From Thermoproteaceae archaeon (GTDB lineage Archaea > Thermoproteota > Thermoprotei > Thermoproteales > Thermoproteaceae), in NCBI GenBank assembly GCA_020833025.1, contig JAJHRB010000007.1:1-36318 (forward strand): a stretch of 36,318 nucleotides of DNA. The letters run 5' to 3'. The position numbers and the translations under genes were made by a program. This document shows, piece by piece, positions 1 to 9,056 of the stretch. The first letter of the stretch is position 1, and every line of letters starts with the position of its first letter. Under the pieces are notes generated by a model. That model did not search any database. It was not told where the DNA came from and saw only the letters and a program-made list of their open reading frames with translations.

Positions 1-115
1 TGGCGTAGCAGTACAGACACCCGTGGCCGCAGCCAGTGTAGGGATTCAGACCGTACTTGGGCGGGCACGTGCACAGCGGGTTCCTCCATGGGTCGAATGG
101 CCGTATGACGCTCAC
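1..115 (-). CDS. Radical SAM protein (SplB-like family), N-terminal part, truncated by window edge
   Basis: Manual translation from GTG at 115: MSVIRPFDPWRNPLCTCPPKYGLNPYTGCGHGCLYCYA, with NPYxGC and CxxxCxxC motif; divergent from ORF 182. Confidence 0.85.
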   Translation of the reverse strand, partial: MSVIRPFDPWRNPLCTCPPKYGLNPYTGCGHGCLYCYA

Positions 116-181
116 GCGCCCGCTCCGCGCGCGGGTTTATGTGCACGAACGCTTATTACCTAATCCCGGCTAGAGCAAGAG

Positions 182-952
182 ATGTCGGGGTTTAAGACCG
201 GCGTGATCCCTCTAGACGGGCAGCTCCCTCATGGCGTGCCAGCGGGCTACGTAATGCTGATAGAGGGGCCCCTGGGGACAGGCAAGAGCTTCTTTGCAAT
301 TACCATAGCCGCGACTGCCGCGAGGCAGGGCGCGCCAGTGCTCTTCTTCTCATTTGACGCGCTGCCTGACGAGGTGGCAGACGAGCTCAGGCAGCACGGC
401 GCCGCGCTCGAGCGCGTCACAGTCGTCGACGGCTTTGTCGCGCCGGACGAGCACTACTCGAGGCTCAAGCCCCCCATCAGGCACAGGCTGGAGGCTGTAG
501 ACGCGCGCCTCTTCATAAGAAAGCTTGCAGAGTTCGCAGGAGAGTTCAGGAGAGGCGTTGTCGTGGTCGACTCGCTTAATGAAATGCTGCTAAGGAGCCC
601 GGCCTCGGCCTCTGATGTCATCCGTGCGCTGAAGATCTTTACAAGATACACGGACTCTGTTGCCGTCGTCACGGTACACACAGACATGGAGGAAATTCGC
701 GCCGTTATGAGCGCCGTGAGGCACATGCTTGATATGGTGATCGAGCTCGGCACCGACCAAGAGTTCGAGAAGATGGGCGTCTACGTGCGGTGGATGAGGG
801 TGGCGCGCGCGAGAAAGCTGAGGGTGTCGCACGACAGAGTATATTTCGAGATCGTGAACGGCAGCGTCGTCGAGATTGATATCAAGGCCCTTATCAAGGC
901 GCTGAACAAACAGCTCGCAGAGGGGCTGGCGGTACTGAGGCAGGGCGTGTGA
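182..952 (+). CDS. KaiC/RAD55-family RecA-superfamily ATPase
   Basis: Walker A GPLGTGKS, Walker B VVVVDS, single KaiC-type domain of 256 aa. Confidence 0.85.
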   Translation: MSGFKTGVIPLDGQLPHGVPAGYVMLIEGPLGTGKSFFAITIAATAARQGAPVLFFSFDALPDEVADELRQHGAALERVTVVDGFVAPDEHYSRLKPPIRHRLEAVDARLFIRKLAEFAGEFRRGVVVVDSLNEMLLRSPASASDVIRALKIFTRYTDSVAVVTVHTDMEEIRAVMSAVRHMLDMVIELGTDQEFEKMGVYVRWMRVARARKLRVSHDRVYFEIVNGSVVEIDIKALIKALNKQLAEGLAVLRQGV

Positions 953-961
953 GAGAGCGCT

Positions 962-1600
962 CTAGACGCTCCTCAGCTGCACTGTCACCCTGACCCCGTC
1001 GAGCACAGCCTCGGCGTAGTGCCCGCCTCTCAGAGAGCCGGGGTTCACGATTACAGTCTCGCCGATGATCTCGATGCCCCTGTCCTCGTGTATGTGCCCG
1101 TGTACCGAGAGTAGGGGCCGCCTCTCCTCCAGGTACCTGCGTATTGAGGTGCTGCCCACCGGCACCACCCCGCCTACCCTGTCGAGGCACCCTCTCGGCG
1201 GGTTGTGAGCGACTAGCAGCTGGGGGGCTGGCCGGAGCGACTTGAGCGTGCCCTCTATTTCGTCCTCGTCTATCTCAAACGGAGTCCCGAACGGCGTTGG
1301 AAGGCTGCCGCCGACCCCGCCGACAGTGTAGGGCCCCAGCTGCTGCACCCTGCCGTGGAGGGGCTTCACGAGCTCGCTCTCGTAGCCTGCCAGCGCGGGC
1401 GGGTCCAAGTTTCCGGGGACGAAGTAAACAGGCGCGATTTTAGCCAGTGCGTTAAGAATTCCCGCCGCCTCCGAAACGGTGCCGCGGTGCGTTATATCGC
1501 CTGCCACTATCACGGCGTCGTACCGCCCCGTTAGCGCTCCTATCACATCGGCAGCCCCGTGTATGTCTGCGAGGATGAGAGCGCGAAGCGCCCCGCTCAT
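962..1600 (-). CDS. Calcineurin-like metallophosphoesterase (Icc-like)
   Basis: Motifs DIHG, GDIT, GNLD, HNPP, GHIHE; TTTAAT box ~25 nt upstream of ATG. Confidence 0.9.
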   Translation of the reverse strand: MSGALRALILADIHGAADVIGALTGRYDAVIVAGDITHRGTVSEAAGILNALAKIAPVYFVPGNLDPPALAGYESELVKPLHGRVQQLGPYTVGGVGGSLPTPFGTPFEIDEDEIEGTLKSLRPAPQLLVAHNPPRGCLDRVGGVVPVGSTSIRRYLEERRPLLSVHGHIHEDRGIEIIGETVIVNPGSLRGGHYAEAVLDGVRVTVQLRSV

Positions 1601-1640
1601 GGCGCCGGGTTGACCGCAGCTATTAAAGTTGCTGCTGGCG

Positions 1641-2372
1641 CTAGACGTATGGATAGTACAGGCGGAAGAGCTCTCTCAGCTCAGCGAGTTGGGAGCTGCG
1701 GCCAAGCCTCCTCACAATATTCCTGGCGAGAGCCCACGTAGCGTTGACGTCCCGGCTAAGCCTTATGCCACAGCGCGCGCAGCTCACAAGCTTGCCGTGT
1801 CTTTCCATTCTGACTCCGCATAGGGGGCACACGTCTGACATCATGGTCACGTGAAGCTCCACGTAATGCTCCCTCGCGAGCGCTACTGCCTCCTCGAGGA
1901 ACTGCCTGAATTTTGGCTCCGTGGGCACGTCAGCGATGAGAATGTTGACCCCCCGCTTCGGCCTGTAAATCTCTTTTATGCTACTCGCGACGCCCCGAGA
2001 CGCCAGCTCGACGTACTCTCCCATTCTAAACACGCGGTAAGTCGCGCCGAACTCATTCACATCCACAGCGTGAATGACAAGCGGCGACCCCTCTGCGAGC
2101 TCCGGCAGTCCAACTCTCTCGTCGCTCCTCACCAGCCTGACAATAACGCCGTTCCTCCTGACCAGAACCTCGGCGCGGCTCACGCCGAAGAGCGACGCCT
2201 CGGCGTACGTGAGCCTCCAGCTCTTGTACATGCACAGCGGAGTGTCGCCCTCGTACAGCGCCACGAAGCTCTCGACAAGTCTAACGACGCCTCCAAGCGC
2301 GGTCACTTTGTAATCGCCGCCTAGTGCCCTCCTGACCCGCCCGACGTCACAACGGAGGAAGTAAGTGAGCAT
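1641..2372 (-). CDS. Reduced TnpB/IS605-OrfB-derived protein with zinc ribbon, probably domesticated
   Basis: RuvC-I-like HAVDVN, C-terminal SDVCPLCG...CARCG...RDVNA typical of the OrfB zinc ribbon/RuvC-III; only 243 aa; no tnpA or IS ends visible. Confidence 0.65.
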   Translation of the reverse strand: MLTYFLRCDVGRVRRALGGDYKVTALGGVVRLVESFVALYEGDTPLCMYKSWRLTYAEASLFGVSRAEVLVRRNGVIVRLVRSDERVGLPELAEGSPLVIHAVDVNEFGATYRVFRMGEYVELASRGVASSIKEIYRPKRGVNILIADVPTEPKFRQFLEEAVALAREHYVELHVTMMSDVCPLCGVRMERHGKLVSCARCGIRLSRDVNATWALARNIVRRLGRSSQLAELRELFRLYYPYV

Positions 2373-2470
2373 AACAGAGCGCGGGAGGTGGCAGTAAAAG
2401 GTTATATCCTAAGCGGCGCTGCCGTTAGAAGGTGTCAAGAGCTTTTAAGCGGTTGCTAGTAAGGAGGGTC

Positions 2471-2761
2471 GTGTCGGTGAGAGTGCCTGGAGAGAATGAG
2501 GTGGTGGGAAAGGTGCTAGAAATGCTCGGCGATGGCAGGTTTAGGGTCATTTGTGCTGACGGGCGGATCCGCATTGCCCGCCTGCCTGGTAGGCTGAGGA
2601 AGAGACTCTGGCTGAAGGCTGGAGACTTTATTGTGATTGCGCTGTGGGATTTCGACCCGGACAAGGGCGACATAATTTACAAGTACGAGAAGAGGGAGCT
2701 GAAGGAGCTGGAAAAGCAGGGCTTCGCGGAGGTTATCAAGGCGCTCAGTCGCTATGTCTAG
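2471..2761 (+). CDS. eif1a: Translation initiation factor aIF-1A
   Basis: LGDGRFRV...RIARLPGRLRKRLWLKAGDFIVIALWDF...KGDII signature; start moved from 2432 to GTG 2471 because TTTTAAG lies at ~2443. Confidence 0.93.
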   Translation: MSVRVPGENEVVGKVLEMLGDGRFRVICADGRIRIARLPGRLRKRLWLKAGDFIVIALWDFDPDKGDIIYKYEKRELKELEKQGFAEVIKALSRYV

Positions 2762-2933
2762 CCGCCAAGAGGGCGGCTGGCTGTTGAGGCAGGCGCGCCG
2801 GAGGGGGCTGGGAACAATGCCAGCGCGTCCCCGGGGCCGGTGGAAGGTCGGGGAGCCGCCTCCCGCCATGCATTAACACACTGACGGACCCAGCACACAG
2901 AAAGTTTAATACGCGCGGCTGGCACGTGCTATT

Positions 2934-3380
2934 GTGAAGTTTCCTCCCGTCAGCGTCGACCAGCTCTTGGGCTTGCTGAAAGCCGTCTACAGTCTAGGCG
3001 GCAAGGCCGACGCTATGCACGTTAGCAATGCCATAAGTACAGGGCTGGGGGGCCTGCCCCTTGCAATCGACGCGGCGGAGATGCTAGGCTTGATAAGGGC
3101 GAGGGGCGGCGATCTCGAGCTCACTGAGGCGGGGAGGGCAGCGGTCTCAGGGCCCCTGCGCGAGCTCCAGAAGTACCTGAGGGCGAAGCTCAGGGACATC
3201 GAGCCGTTCGCTAGCCTGCTGAGGCTAGTCGGGGAGCTTAAGAGAGTAGAGATAACGAGAGTCGCAGAGCTCTTGAGGTCCGAGGGCTACAGCGAGGAGG
3301 GCGCCCAGAGGGTGCTTGAGTGGGCCGTGTTCGCGCAGCTCGTAGAAATAAGCGAGGGGGCGTGGGTCGTGCTGGCCTAG
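2934..3380 (+). CDS. Stand-alone AAA-associated (winged-helix-like) domain of NitT/TauT ABC ATPases
   Basis: LGLLKAV...GGKAD...LPLAIDAAEMLGLI...GDLELTEAGR pattern recalled from the C-terminal AAA-associated domain; converges on the ABC ATPase gene. Confidence 0.65.
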   Translation: MKFPPVSVDQLLGLLKAVYSLGGKADAMHVSNAISTGLGGLPLAIDAAEMLGLIRARGGDLELTEAGRAAVSGPLRELQKYLRAKLRDIEPFASLLRLVGELKRVEITRVAELLRSEGYSEEGAQRVLEWAVFAQLVEISEGAWVVLA

Positions 3381-4111
3381 ATGTATGAATACACCAGGTC
3401 CACGTAGTGCTGGAATTCTTGACTCCTTCTGTTCCGCGGATATGGCAGGTCAATTCTCATGTTCGCAACAATTCTAGCGGGTCTCGGGCTCAACATGACT
3501 ATCCTGCTCGCCATGTAGACCGCCTCCTCAACGTTGTGCGTAACAATAATTGCAGTGTGCACAGTTGATAGGTTCTCATGCCACATTCTGAGCACCTCAG
3601 ACCTCAAGCTCTCCGCCGTCAGCGAGTCGAGCATCGAAAACGGCTCGTCGAGCAGCAACACCTCGGGCTCTACGGCCAGTGCTCTCGCGAGAGCAACCCT
3701 GTACTGCATGCCGCCGGAGAGCTGCCGCGGGTAGGCCTCCTCGAACCCCGAGAGCCCGGCCAGCGCGAGATATCTCGCCGCTATCTCGCGCGCCTGGCTC
3801 CACTTAACCCCTCTCGCGACGAGGGGCAGCGCAACATTGTCCAGCGCGGTCTTCCACGGCAGTAGCGCCGGGAATTGAAACATTATTGCAATCTCAGTGC
3901 GGGGGCTGCTGACAGGCACGCCCTTAAATCTCACGACGCCCCGGTCGGGCCGCTCGAGCCCCGCTATAATTCTCAGCAGCGTGCTCTTGCCGCACCCAGA
4001 GGGGCCGAGTATTGCAACAAACTCTCCCTTTTCAATACTAAGAGATATCTTGTCAAGCACTATAGTATTGTTGTATTTCTTTGTAATACCTTCTAGCTCT
4101 ATGAGAGCCAC
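3377..4111 (-). CDS. NitT/TauT-family ABC transporter ATP-binding protein
   Basis: GPSGCGKST, LSGGMQ, LLLDEPFS, VTHN motifs. Confidence 0.93.
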   Translation of the reverse strand: MALIELEGITKKYNNTIVLDKISLSIEKGEFVAILGPSGCGKSTLLRIIAGLERPDRGVVRFKGVPVSSPRTEIAIMFQFPALLPWKTALDNVALPLVARGVKWSQAREIAARYLALAGLSGFEEAYPRQLSGGMQYRVALARALAVEPEVLLLDEPFSMLDSLTAESLRSEVLRMWHENLSTVHTAIIVTHNVEEAVYMASRIVMLSPRPARIVANMRIDLPYPRNRRSQEFQHYVDLVYSYI

Positions 4112-5460
4112 AGTACTGCCTTGTTGTAAATTCTCTTCCAGACCAGCGCGTTCACGACCACGACGAATGTGGTCATTGTGAGCAGCAAAACTGATACCAG
4201 CTGCATGTTGCCAGCCTCAGCTGCCGAGACCAGCGCGGAGCCTATTCCGTGAACTCCGGCGAGAGGCTCGGCAATCACTATTGCATTCCACGCGCCGCCC
4301 CACGCAGTTAGCAGTCCGGTGGCGAGATAGGGGAGGGATGCCGGCAGGAGGACGTGCGCATAGTACACAAGCCCCCTAATCCCGTACGCTGCGGCGTACT
4401 CAACCGGCACGTCGCGCCTTGCCGCACACGCGTTAAGTACCACATACACGGCGCTGCCGGGCAGCAGAAGCGCGTACGCCAGCAGCTCGCCGCCGAGCGC
4501 GTGGCTGAGAAGCGGGTATAGAAACGGCGCTGGCACCGACGATAATGCAGAGGTCAGCAGCAGGACAGCCCCTTCCAGCCCCGGCCTTCTGAGCACGCAC
4601 TCCAGCACGAGCAGACCAATGGCGAGGCACAAGAGCAGCACCAGCATTACGCGGAGCAGCGACGCGGCCAGCGCGTCGATAGAGTACATAAGGTAGGCCG
4701 CCGCCACGCCGGGGGCTGCGCCCAGGAGCGGCGAGACGGCGCAGTATACCAGCGCGATAAACAATATCAATATCAGCGCCGCAGATAAGAGGGAGCCGTG
4801 GCTCGTCCAAGCGGCCAACGCCCCCGCCACTCTCGCCGGCAGCGGCGGTAGTTCTTTAACAAGACGCGACCAGAGCAGCGCATACAGCGCGAAGTTAAAT
4901 GCCGAGCCGACCACTATGCCGAGCGCCATCATGAGCTCGTCTCCGCTCATGTAGGCGCTCATCACTAGGCTCCCAATGCCAAAAACCCTGTGCTCAGACG
5001 CGCCCAGGGCTATGACCTCGGAGGACGTGATGAAGAAAAACGCGTTGGCCCAGGATACCGGAATATTGTAGTACACGCTGCACAGCGCTGCCGGTATTAG
5101 CACGTGCGCCAGCTCCAGGCGCTTGTCTCTGAGATACGCACGCGACATTTCAACGTACTCCCGCGGAATCGTCTTGAACGACTGGTAAACGCCAAGGATG
5201 ATATTCCACGCCGTGCACGTGAAAATCAGAAACATGACGGCCAGCTCGACGCCCGCGACGGGAGCCAGCCGCACGATAGCGTGCAGCGCGACGGGAAAAA
5301 ATGCAAGTATGGGAATTGACTGAAGCACGTCAATGATGGGCAGCGTGAGCCGCTCGACAAGCCTGGAGTTGCGCATTGCATACGCAAGCGCGCAAGCAAC
5401 GGCCACTGACGCGAAGAGCGCGGCCATTATGCGTCCCGAGCTCGCGAGTGCTGCCAGCAT
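4099..5460 (-). CDS. NitT/TauT-family ABC permease with two BPD_transp_1-like modules
   Basis: PIIDVLQSIPILAFFP, AWNII, GGAWNAIVIAE motifs; highly hydrophobic; overlaps ATPase start. Confidence 0.85.
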   Translation of the reverse strand: MLAALASSGRIMAALFASVAVACALAYAMRNSRLVERLTLPIIDVLQSIPILAFFPVALHAIVRLAPVAGVELAVMFLIFTCTAWNIILGVYQSFKTIPREYVEMSRAYLRDKRLELAHVLIPAALCSVYYNIPVSWANAFFFITSSEVIALGASEHRVFGIGSLVMSAYMSGDELMMALGIVVGSAFNFALYALLWSRLVKELPPLPARVAGALAAWTSHGSLLSAALILILFIALVYCAVSPLLGAAPGVAAAYLMYSIDALAASLLRVMLVLLLCLAIGLLVLECVLRRPGLEGAVLLLTSALSSVPAPFLYPLLSHALGGELLAYALLLPGSAVYVVLNACAARRDVPVEYAAAYGIRGLVYYAHVLLPASLPYLATGLLTAWGGAWNAIVIAEPLAGVHGIGSALVSAAEAGNMQLVSVLLLTMTTFVVVVNALVWKRIYNKAVLWLS

Positions 5461-5530
5461 CAATACTGCGGCCGCGTTCGCGACCCCACTGTATACTTGT
5501 AATAAGGCCGGTTTATATCAATGATCAATG

Positions 5531-5592
5531 GCGGGGTCAGCACTCGGCAAATTCCTCACGCGTCGGGCGAGGTCGCCCAGTCATCACGCACC
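5531..5592 (-). ncRNA. C/D-box methylation guide sRNA (D guide to 23S rRNA)
   Basis: Minus strand: box C GTGATGA 5587-5581, D' CCGA 5566-5563, C' TGAGGA 5558-5553, D CTGA 5540-5537; D guide complementary to ACUCGGCAAAU; TATA-like TTAAAAA at ~5612-5618. Confidence 0.85.
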
Positions 5593-5688
5593 TGCGGCTC
5601 CCCCCGCGCGCTTTTTAATTCTACAGTCCGGCGCGTCTGCTAGCGGGCTAGCCGCAAGCCCGAGACCCGCGGGCAGCCTCCGGGTAGT

Positions 5689-6213
5689 TCAGAGGTACTC
5701 CACCCTGATACTCTCGGGCCTGTAGGGCTTTATGAGCGACTTGCCGAGCGGGTCCTCTACCACTAGCGTGAAGCCGCCGCTCTCTATCGCCCGGTAAACG
5801 CGCCGTATGAATTCATCAACTCTCTGCGCGCTCCCTGGCTCCAGCACTTTCAGCTTCTCTGCGTAGTCTGCAACGCGGTAGAGGAGGCCCTCGACTGTGA
5901 TTATCATCGGCTCTCCGCCGAGTGCCGGCTCGAGCGAGAAGCCGAGGTCGGGCGAGTACACCGTGCCCGTCTTGCTTCTGATTAGGTAGGACCTCGCGAC
6001 GTCCTCTCCGTCCCTCGCCGCGAAGATAATGCGAGTGGGCCTCCCCACATCTGCGTACTCGATATCAAACAGCCGGTAGCCGCAGACGCTGCAGTAGCCC
6101 GTCTCCACAAGCACATTGCCAAAGTGCGGCATGTCGTATAGCAGCTCTTGGTAGCGAAACGCGCGGGACCTGCAGGCAGGGCATCTTGTTTCCTCGGCAA
6201 TGAGTACCGCCAC
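5689..6213 (-). CDS. ZPR1-like zinc-finger protein
   Basis: CPAC...PHFGNVLVETGYCSVCGYR...ITVEGLL...FTLVVEDPLGKS. Confidence 0.9.
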   Translation of the reverse strand: MAVLIAEETRCPACRSRAFRYQELLYDMPHFGNVLVETGYCSVCGYRLFDIEYADVGRPTRIIFAARDGEDVARSYLIRSKTGTVYSPDLGFSLEPALGGEPMIITVEGLLYRVADYAEKLKVLEPGSAQRVDEFIRRVYRAIESGGFTLVVEDPLGKSLIKPYRPESIRVEYL

Positions 6214-6259
6214 GCGTCGGACGCGCGCTCACTTTTTAAGCCCGGCGCTCGTGCCGCCC

Positions 6260-6517
6260 ATGAGCTTATTTGAAATCGCGGTGGCGCTTGCGGCAGTGGC
6301 GCTCGTGTCGCTCCTCCTCAACGGGCTCTGGAGTCTCTCGAGCCCGCACTGCGGCGCGCTCTGGGGCTACGTCACACTGGGAGTGTTGGTGGGAGCCGCC
6401 TTCCTATTCGGCGGGCGTTATAAGTGGCTTGAGACAGTGGGCGCGGGCCTCCTGCTGCTCTACCTCCTAGCAATTTGGTTGGTACTCGCAAGCCCCGGGC
6501 CCCTCGCCTACTGCTAG
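6260..6517 (+). CDS. Small hypothetical membrane protein
   Basis: Three hydrophobic segments; ATG 6260 lies ~25 nt after TTTTTAAG. Confidence 0.55.
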   Translation: MSLFEIAVALAAVALVSLLLNGLWSLSSPHCGALWGYVTLGVLVGAAFLFGGRYKWLETVGAGLLLLYLLAIWLVLASPGPLAYC

Positions 6518-6558
6518 CACGGGCGCTAAGTTATAAAGAGGCGTGCGGAGCTTTACAC

Positions 6559-7119
6559 GTGCCGGCCGCGGGGGTCAAGAGGCGGAAGAAACTCTTCCTG
6601 ATGGCGCTCGCGGCAATAATATTTGCCGAGACGGGCTACATACTGGGAACGACGGGCATAGGCTGGATGCTAATCGAGCTTTTCTTCGGGACGCGCCCCT
6701 TAGCATTCCTCGATCTGGTCTCCAAATCGCCGGAAGTCTACGTTTTCTACAACGGGAGCGTTGCGCGCGCAGATTCCCGCGCGGTGCGCTACAACGACTC
6801 TTACGTCCACCTCATTTACTATGCCGGAGCCAGGCTGGCGCCAACAGCGCTGAGGTGGATTGAAGTCGACGCGTCTGAGAAACCTGTTTACGTGATTCCC
6901 TTCTCCCCCCGGGGTGTGCCCGTGAATCCCGCGGACTTCTACGACGCGCTTCCGAAAACGGCCGCGCATCCCGTCGTTCTCGTGATATGCAATGCCGGCG
7001 ATCTCGAGAGATGGCTCTCTTACGTCTCTCAGAGACTGCAGTACAGGCCGAGCGGCACTCACATTAGAATTGAAATTGCTGGGGGAGAGCCCGTGGCCGC
7101 GCGCTCGCTGGCTGATTAG
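6559..7119 (+). CDS. Hypothetical protein with N-terminal membrane anchor
   Basis: Basic stretch KRRKK then hydrophobic helix; GTG 6559 follows TTATAAA at ~6531. Confidence 0.6.
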   Translation: MPAAGVKRRKKLFLMALAAIIFAETGYILGTTGIGWMLIELFFGTRPLAFLDLVSKSPEVYVFYNGSVARADSRAVRYNDSYVHLIYYAGARLAPTALRWIEVDASEKPVYVIPFSPRGVPVNPADFYDALPKTAAHPVVLVICNAGDLERWLSYVSQRLQYRPSGTHIRIEIAGGEPVAARSLAD

Positions 7120-7204
7120 GCCGCGGCGGGCCTCGCGCCGCCCAAACCGCGACGGCGCTCCCGCTGGCAGGGAACGCTTATAAAAAGGCTCCCGCGCTGG
7201 CGGC

Positions 7205-7708
7205 GTGAGCTCGCCGGCCCAGCTGCCCAGGCCCCGCAGAGAGCTGCCGGGAGGGCTGCAGAGACTACTCAGGCTGAGGGTCAGGATGGAGAGAAGAATG
7301 CCGGAGTTCGTGCGCATAGACCAGTGGCGCTACAAGCGGATAGAGGGCAGCGGCTGGCGTTACCCGCGCGGCCTGGATAGCAAGATAAGGAGGAAGTGGA
7401 AGGGCTGGCCGCCGTGCGTCGAGGTGGGCTACCGCAAGCCGGCGGCAGTGCGCGGGCTCCACCCCTCTGGCTTCGTCGAGGCCGTGATCCACAATGCGGA
7501 GGAGCTCGACAGACTGGACCCGAGGACTCACGCCGTTAGAATCGCGAGCGCCGTCGGGCTGAGAAAGAGGCTGGAGATCCTCAAGAGGGCAATAGAAAGG
7601 GGCTTTTACGTCCTGAATCCCGGCAGGAGGGCGCTCGGGGCGCTCAGCAGCGAGGCCGCTGGCGCGCAGGCACAGCACTCCCAGGCAGGCCAGGCGCAGG
7701 CCGGGTAG
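7205..7708 (+). CDS. rpl32e: 50S ribosomal protein L32e
   Basis: PEFVRIDQWRYKRI...WRYPRGLDSKIR...GYRKP...GLHPSGF. Confidence 0.95.
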   Translation: MSSPAQLPRPRRELPGGLQRLLRLRVRMERRMPEFVRIDQWRYKRIEGSGWRYPRGLDSKIRRKWKGWPPCVEVGYRKPAAVRGLHPSGFVEAVIHNAEELDRLDPRTHAVRIASAVGLRKRLEILKRAIERGFYVLNPGRRALGALSSEAAGAQAQHSQAGQAQAG

Positions 7709-7711
7709 GCC

Positions 7712-8155
7712 GTGACGGACGTGAAGAGGCTAGCGGCGGAAATTCTCGGCGTCGGCGCCAGCAGGGTTAGAATATCGCCGGAGGCCGCGCAGAGGCTAGA
7801 GGAAGTCGCGACGAAAAATGACGTGAGGGCGCTGATAGACGAGGGGCTTGTGTGGGCCGAGCCGAAGAGGGGAAACTCGAGAGGCCGCTGGCGCGAGCGG
7901 CACGAAAAAAAGAGGCGGGGCAGGAGGAGGGGCCCAGGCAGGCGCAAGGGACCGAGAGTCGATGAGAAGCGGGCGTGGATAAACAGAGTCAGGCCGCTCA
8001 GGAGGTTTCTCAGTGTGCTGAAGAGAGCGGGAGTGATAGAGCCGCGGATCTGGCGTGAGCTCTACAGAATGGTCAAGGGCGGCTACTTCCGCGACATAAA
8101 TCACTTGAAGGCGTACATAAACGAGCGCAAGCTCGCCAAGGGGCCCGTAAGGTGA
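7712..8155 (+). CDS. rpl19e: 50S ribosomal protein L19e
   Basis: [17 protein letters not shown]...DVRALI...RGPGRRKG...[12 protein letters not shown]. Confidence 0.95.
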   Translation: MTDVKRLAAEILGVGASRVRISPEAAQRLEEVATKNDVRALIDEGLVWAEPKRGNSRGRWRERHEKKRRGRRRGPGRRKGPRVDEKRAWINRVRPLRRFLSVLKRAGVIEPRIWRELYRMVKGGYFRDINHLKAYINERKLAKGPVR

Positions 8156-8156
8156 C

Positions 8157-8819
8157 ATGGCAAGGGGGCCGAGGTACAGGGTTCTCTTCAGGAGGAGAAG
8201 GCTCGGCCTGACAAATTACAGCAAGCGGCGCAAGCTTCTCCTCTCTAAAAAGCCCAGGCTTGTCGTGAGGAAGACGAACAAATACATTATCGCGCAGATC
8301 GTCGTCGCAAGGCCTGAGGGCGACGTTACCGTGGTCGGCGTTGACACCAGAGCGCTCGCAAGATTCGGGTGGAGGGGCGACGAGAACAACACCCCGGCGG
8401 CTTACCTGCTCGGGCTAGTTGCCGGCTATAAGGCGAGGCTCCGCGGCGTGACTGAGGCAATAATTGATATCGGGCTCCACAGACCCGCGAGAGGCGCTAG
8501 AGTCTTCGCGGTGCTGAAGGGGGCTGCGGATGCCGGGCTCAAGATACCGTATAGCGAGGAGGTAATACCGAGCGAGAGCAGAATTCGCGGCGAGCATATT
8601 GCAGCATACGCAAAGAAATTGAAAGAGGCAAGCCCCGAGCTATACAACGCCAGGTTCTCGCGGTACCTGCAGCGCGGACTGCCCCCCGAGGAGCTCGCCA
8701 GGCACTTCGAGGAGACAAAGAAGAAAATTATCGAGTACTACGAGCAGAAGCTCGCCAAGCCTGCCCCCTCCAGCCCCAGTCCTGCCTCCGGGAGCGCGGC
8801 AGGGCAGGGCAGCGCTTGA
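8157..8819 (+). CDS. rpl18: 50S ribosomal protein uL18 (L18/L5e)
   Basis: [17 protein letters not shown]...RLVVRKTN...[10 protein letters not shown]...RIRGEHIA. Confidence 0.95.
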   Translation: MARGPRYRVLFRRRRLGLTNYSKRRKLLLSKKPRLVVRKTNKYIIAQIVVARPEGDVTVVGVDTRALARFGWRGDENNTPAAYLLGLVAGYKARLRGVTEAIIDIGLHRPARGARVFAVLKGAADAGLKIPYSEEVIPSESRIRGEHIAAYAKKLKEASPELYNARFSRYLQRGLPPEELARHFEETKKKIIEYYEQKLAKPAPSSPSPASGSAAGQGSA

Positions 8820-8966
8820 GCGCGACAGAGCGCCTGAGAGGGCCGCGCGCCGGAGCTGGCCCTCGTCAGAGTGGTGGGGCTGCAGCGCGAAATAAAGCCG
8901 TCCCGCTGCGCGCGAGGGCGAGTAGCGCGCGGCGATGGCCGCACCGCGGCTGTCCCTCAGACCTCC

Positions 8967-8980
8967 CGAAAGTTTTAAAT
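8967..8980 (+). promoter_or_regulatory. BRE + TATA box driving the tRNA 5' piece at 9003
   Basis: CGAAAG-TTTTAAAT, with TATA ~29 nt upstream of tRNA G1. Confidence 0.75.
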
Positions 8981-9002
8981 AGCCGCAGCCTAATAGCCGC
9001 AA

Positions 9003-9056
9003 GCCCCGGTAGCTCAGCCCGGTCGGAGCGCCCAGGCAGCCCCGCCGGGCCGCCGC
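9003..9056 (+). tRNA. tRNA 5' fragment (positions 1 to ~29, Thr-like) with GC-rich trailer; candidate split tRNA piece
   Basis: GCCCCGG-TA-GCTC-AGCCCGGTCG-GAGC-G-CCC gives the acceptor 5' strand and a complete D arm; no T-loop or CCGGGGC downstream; trailer AGGCAGCCCCGCCGGGCCGCCGC then pyrimidine tract. Confidence 0.75.

Noticed and set aside
8830-8870. CTGACGAG on minus strand as a hammerhead ribozyme core
   Set aside because: No GAAA element or supporting stems at the required positions.
8889-9002. Complete permuted tRNA (3' half before the 9003 5' half)
   Set aside because: No anticodon loop, T-loop or CCGGGGC in the intervening sequence, and a separate TATA sits directly before G1.
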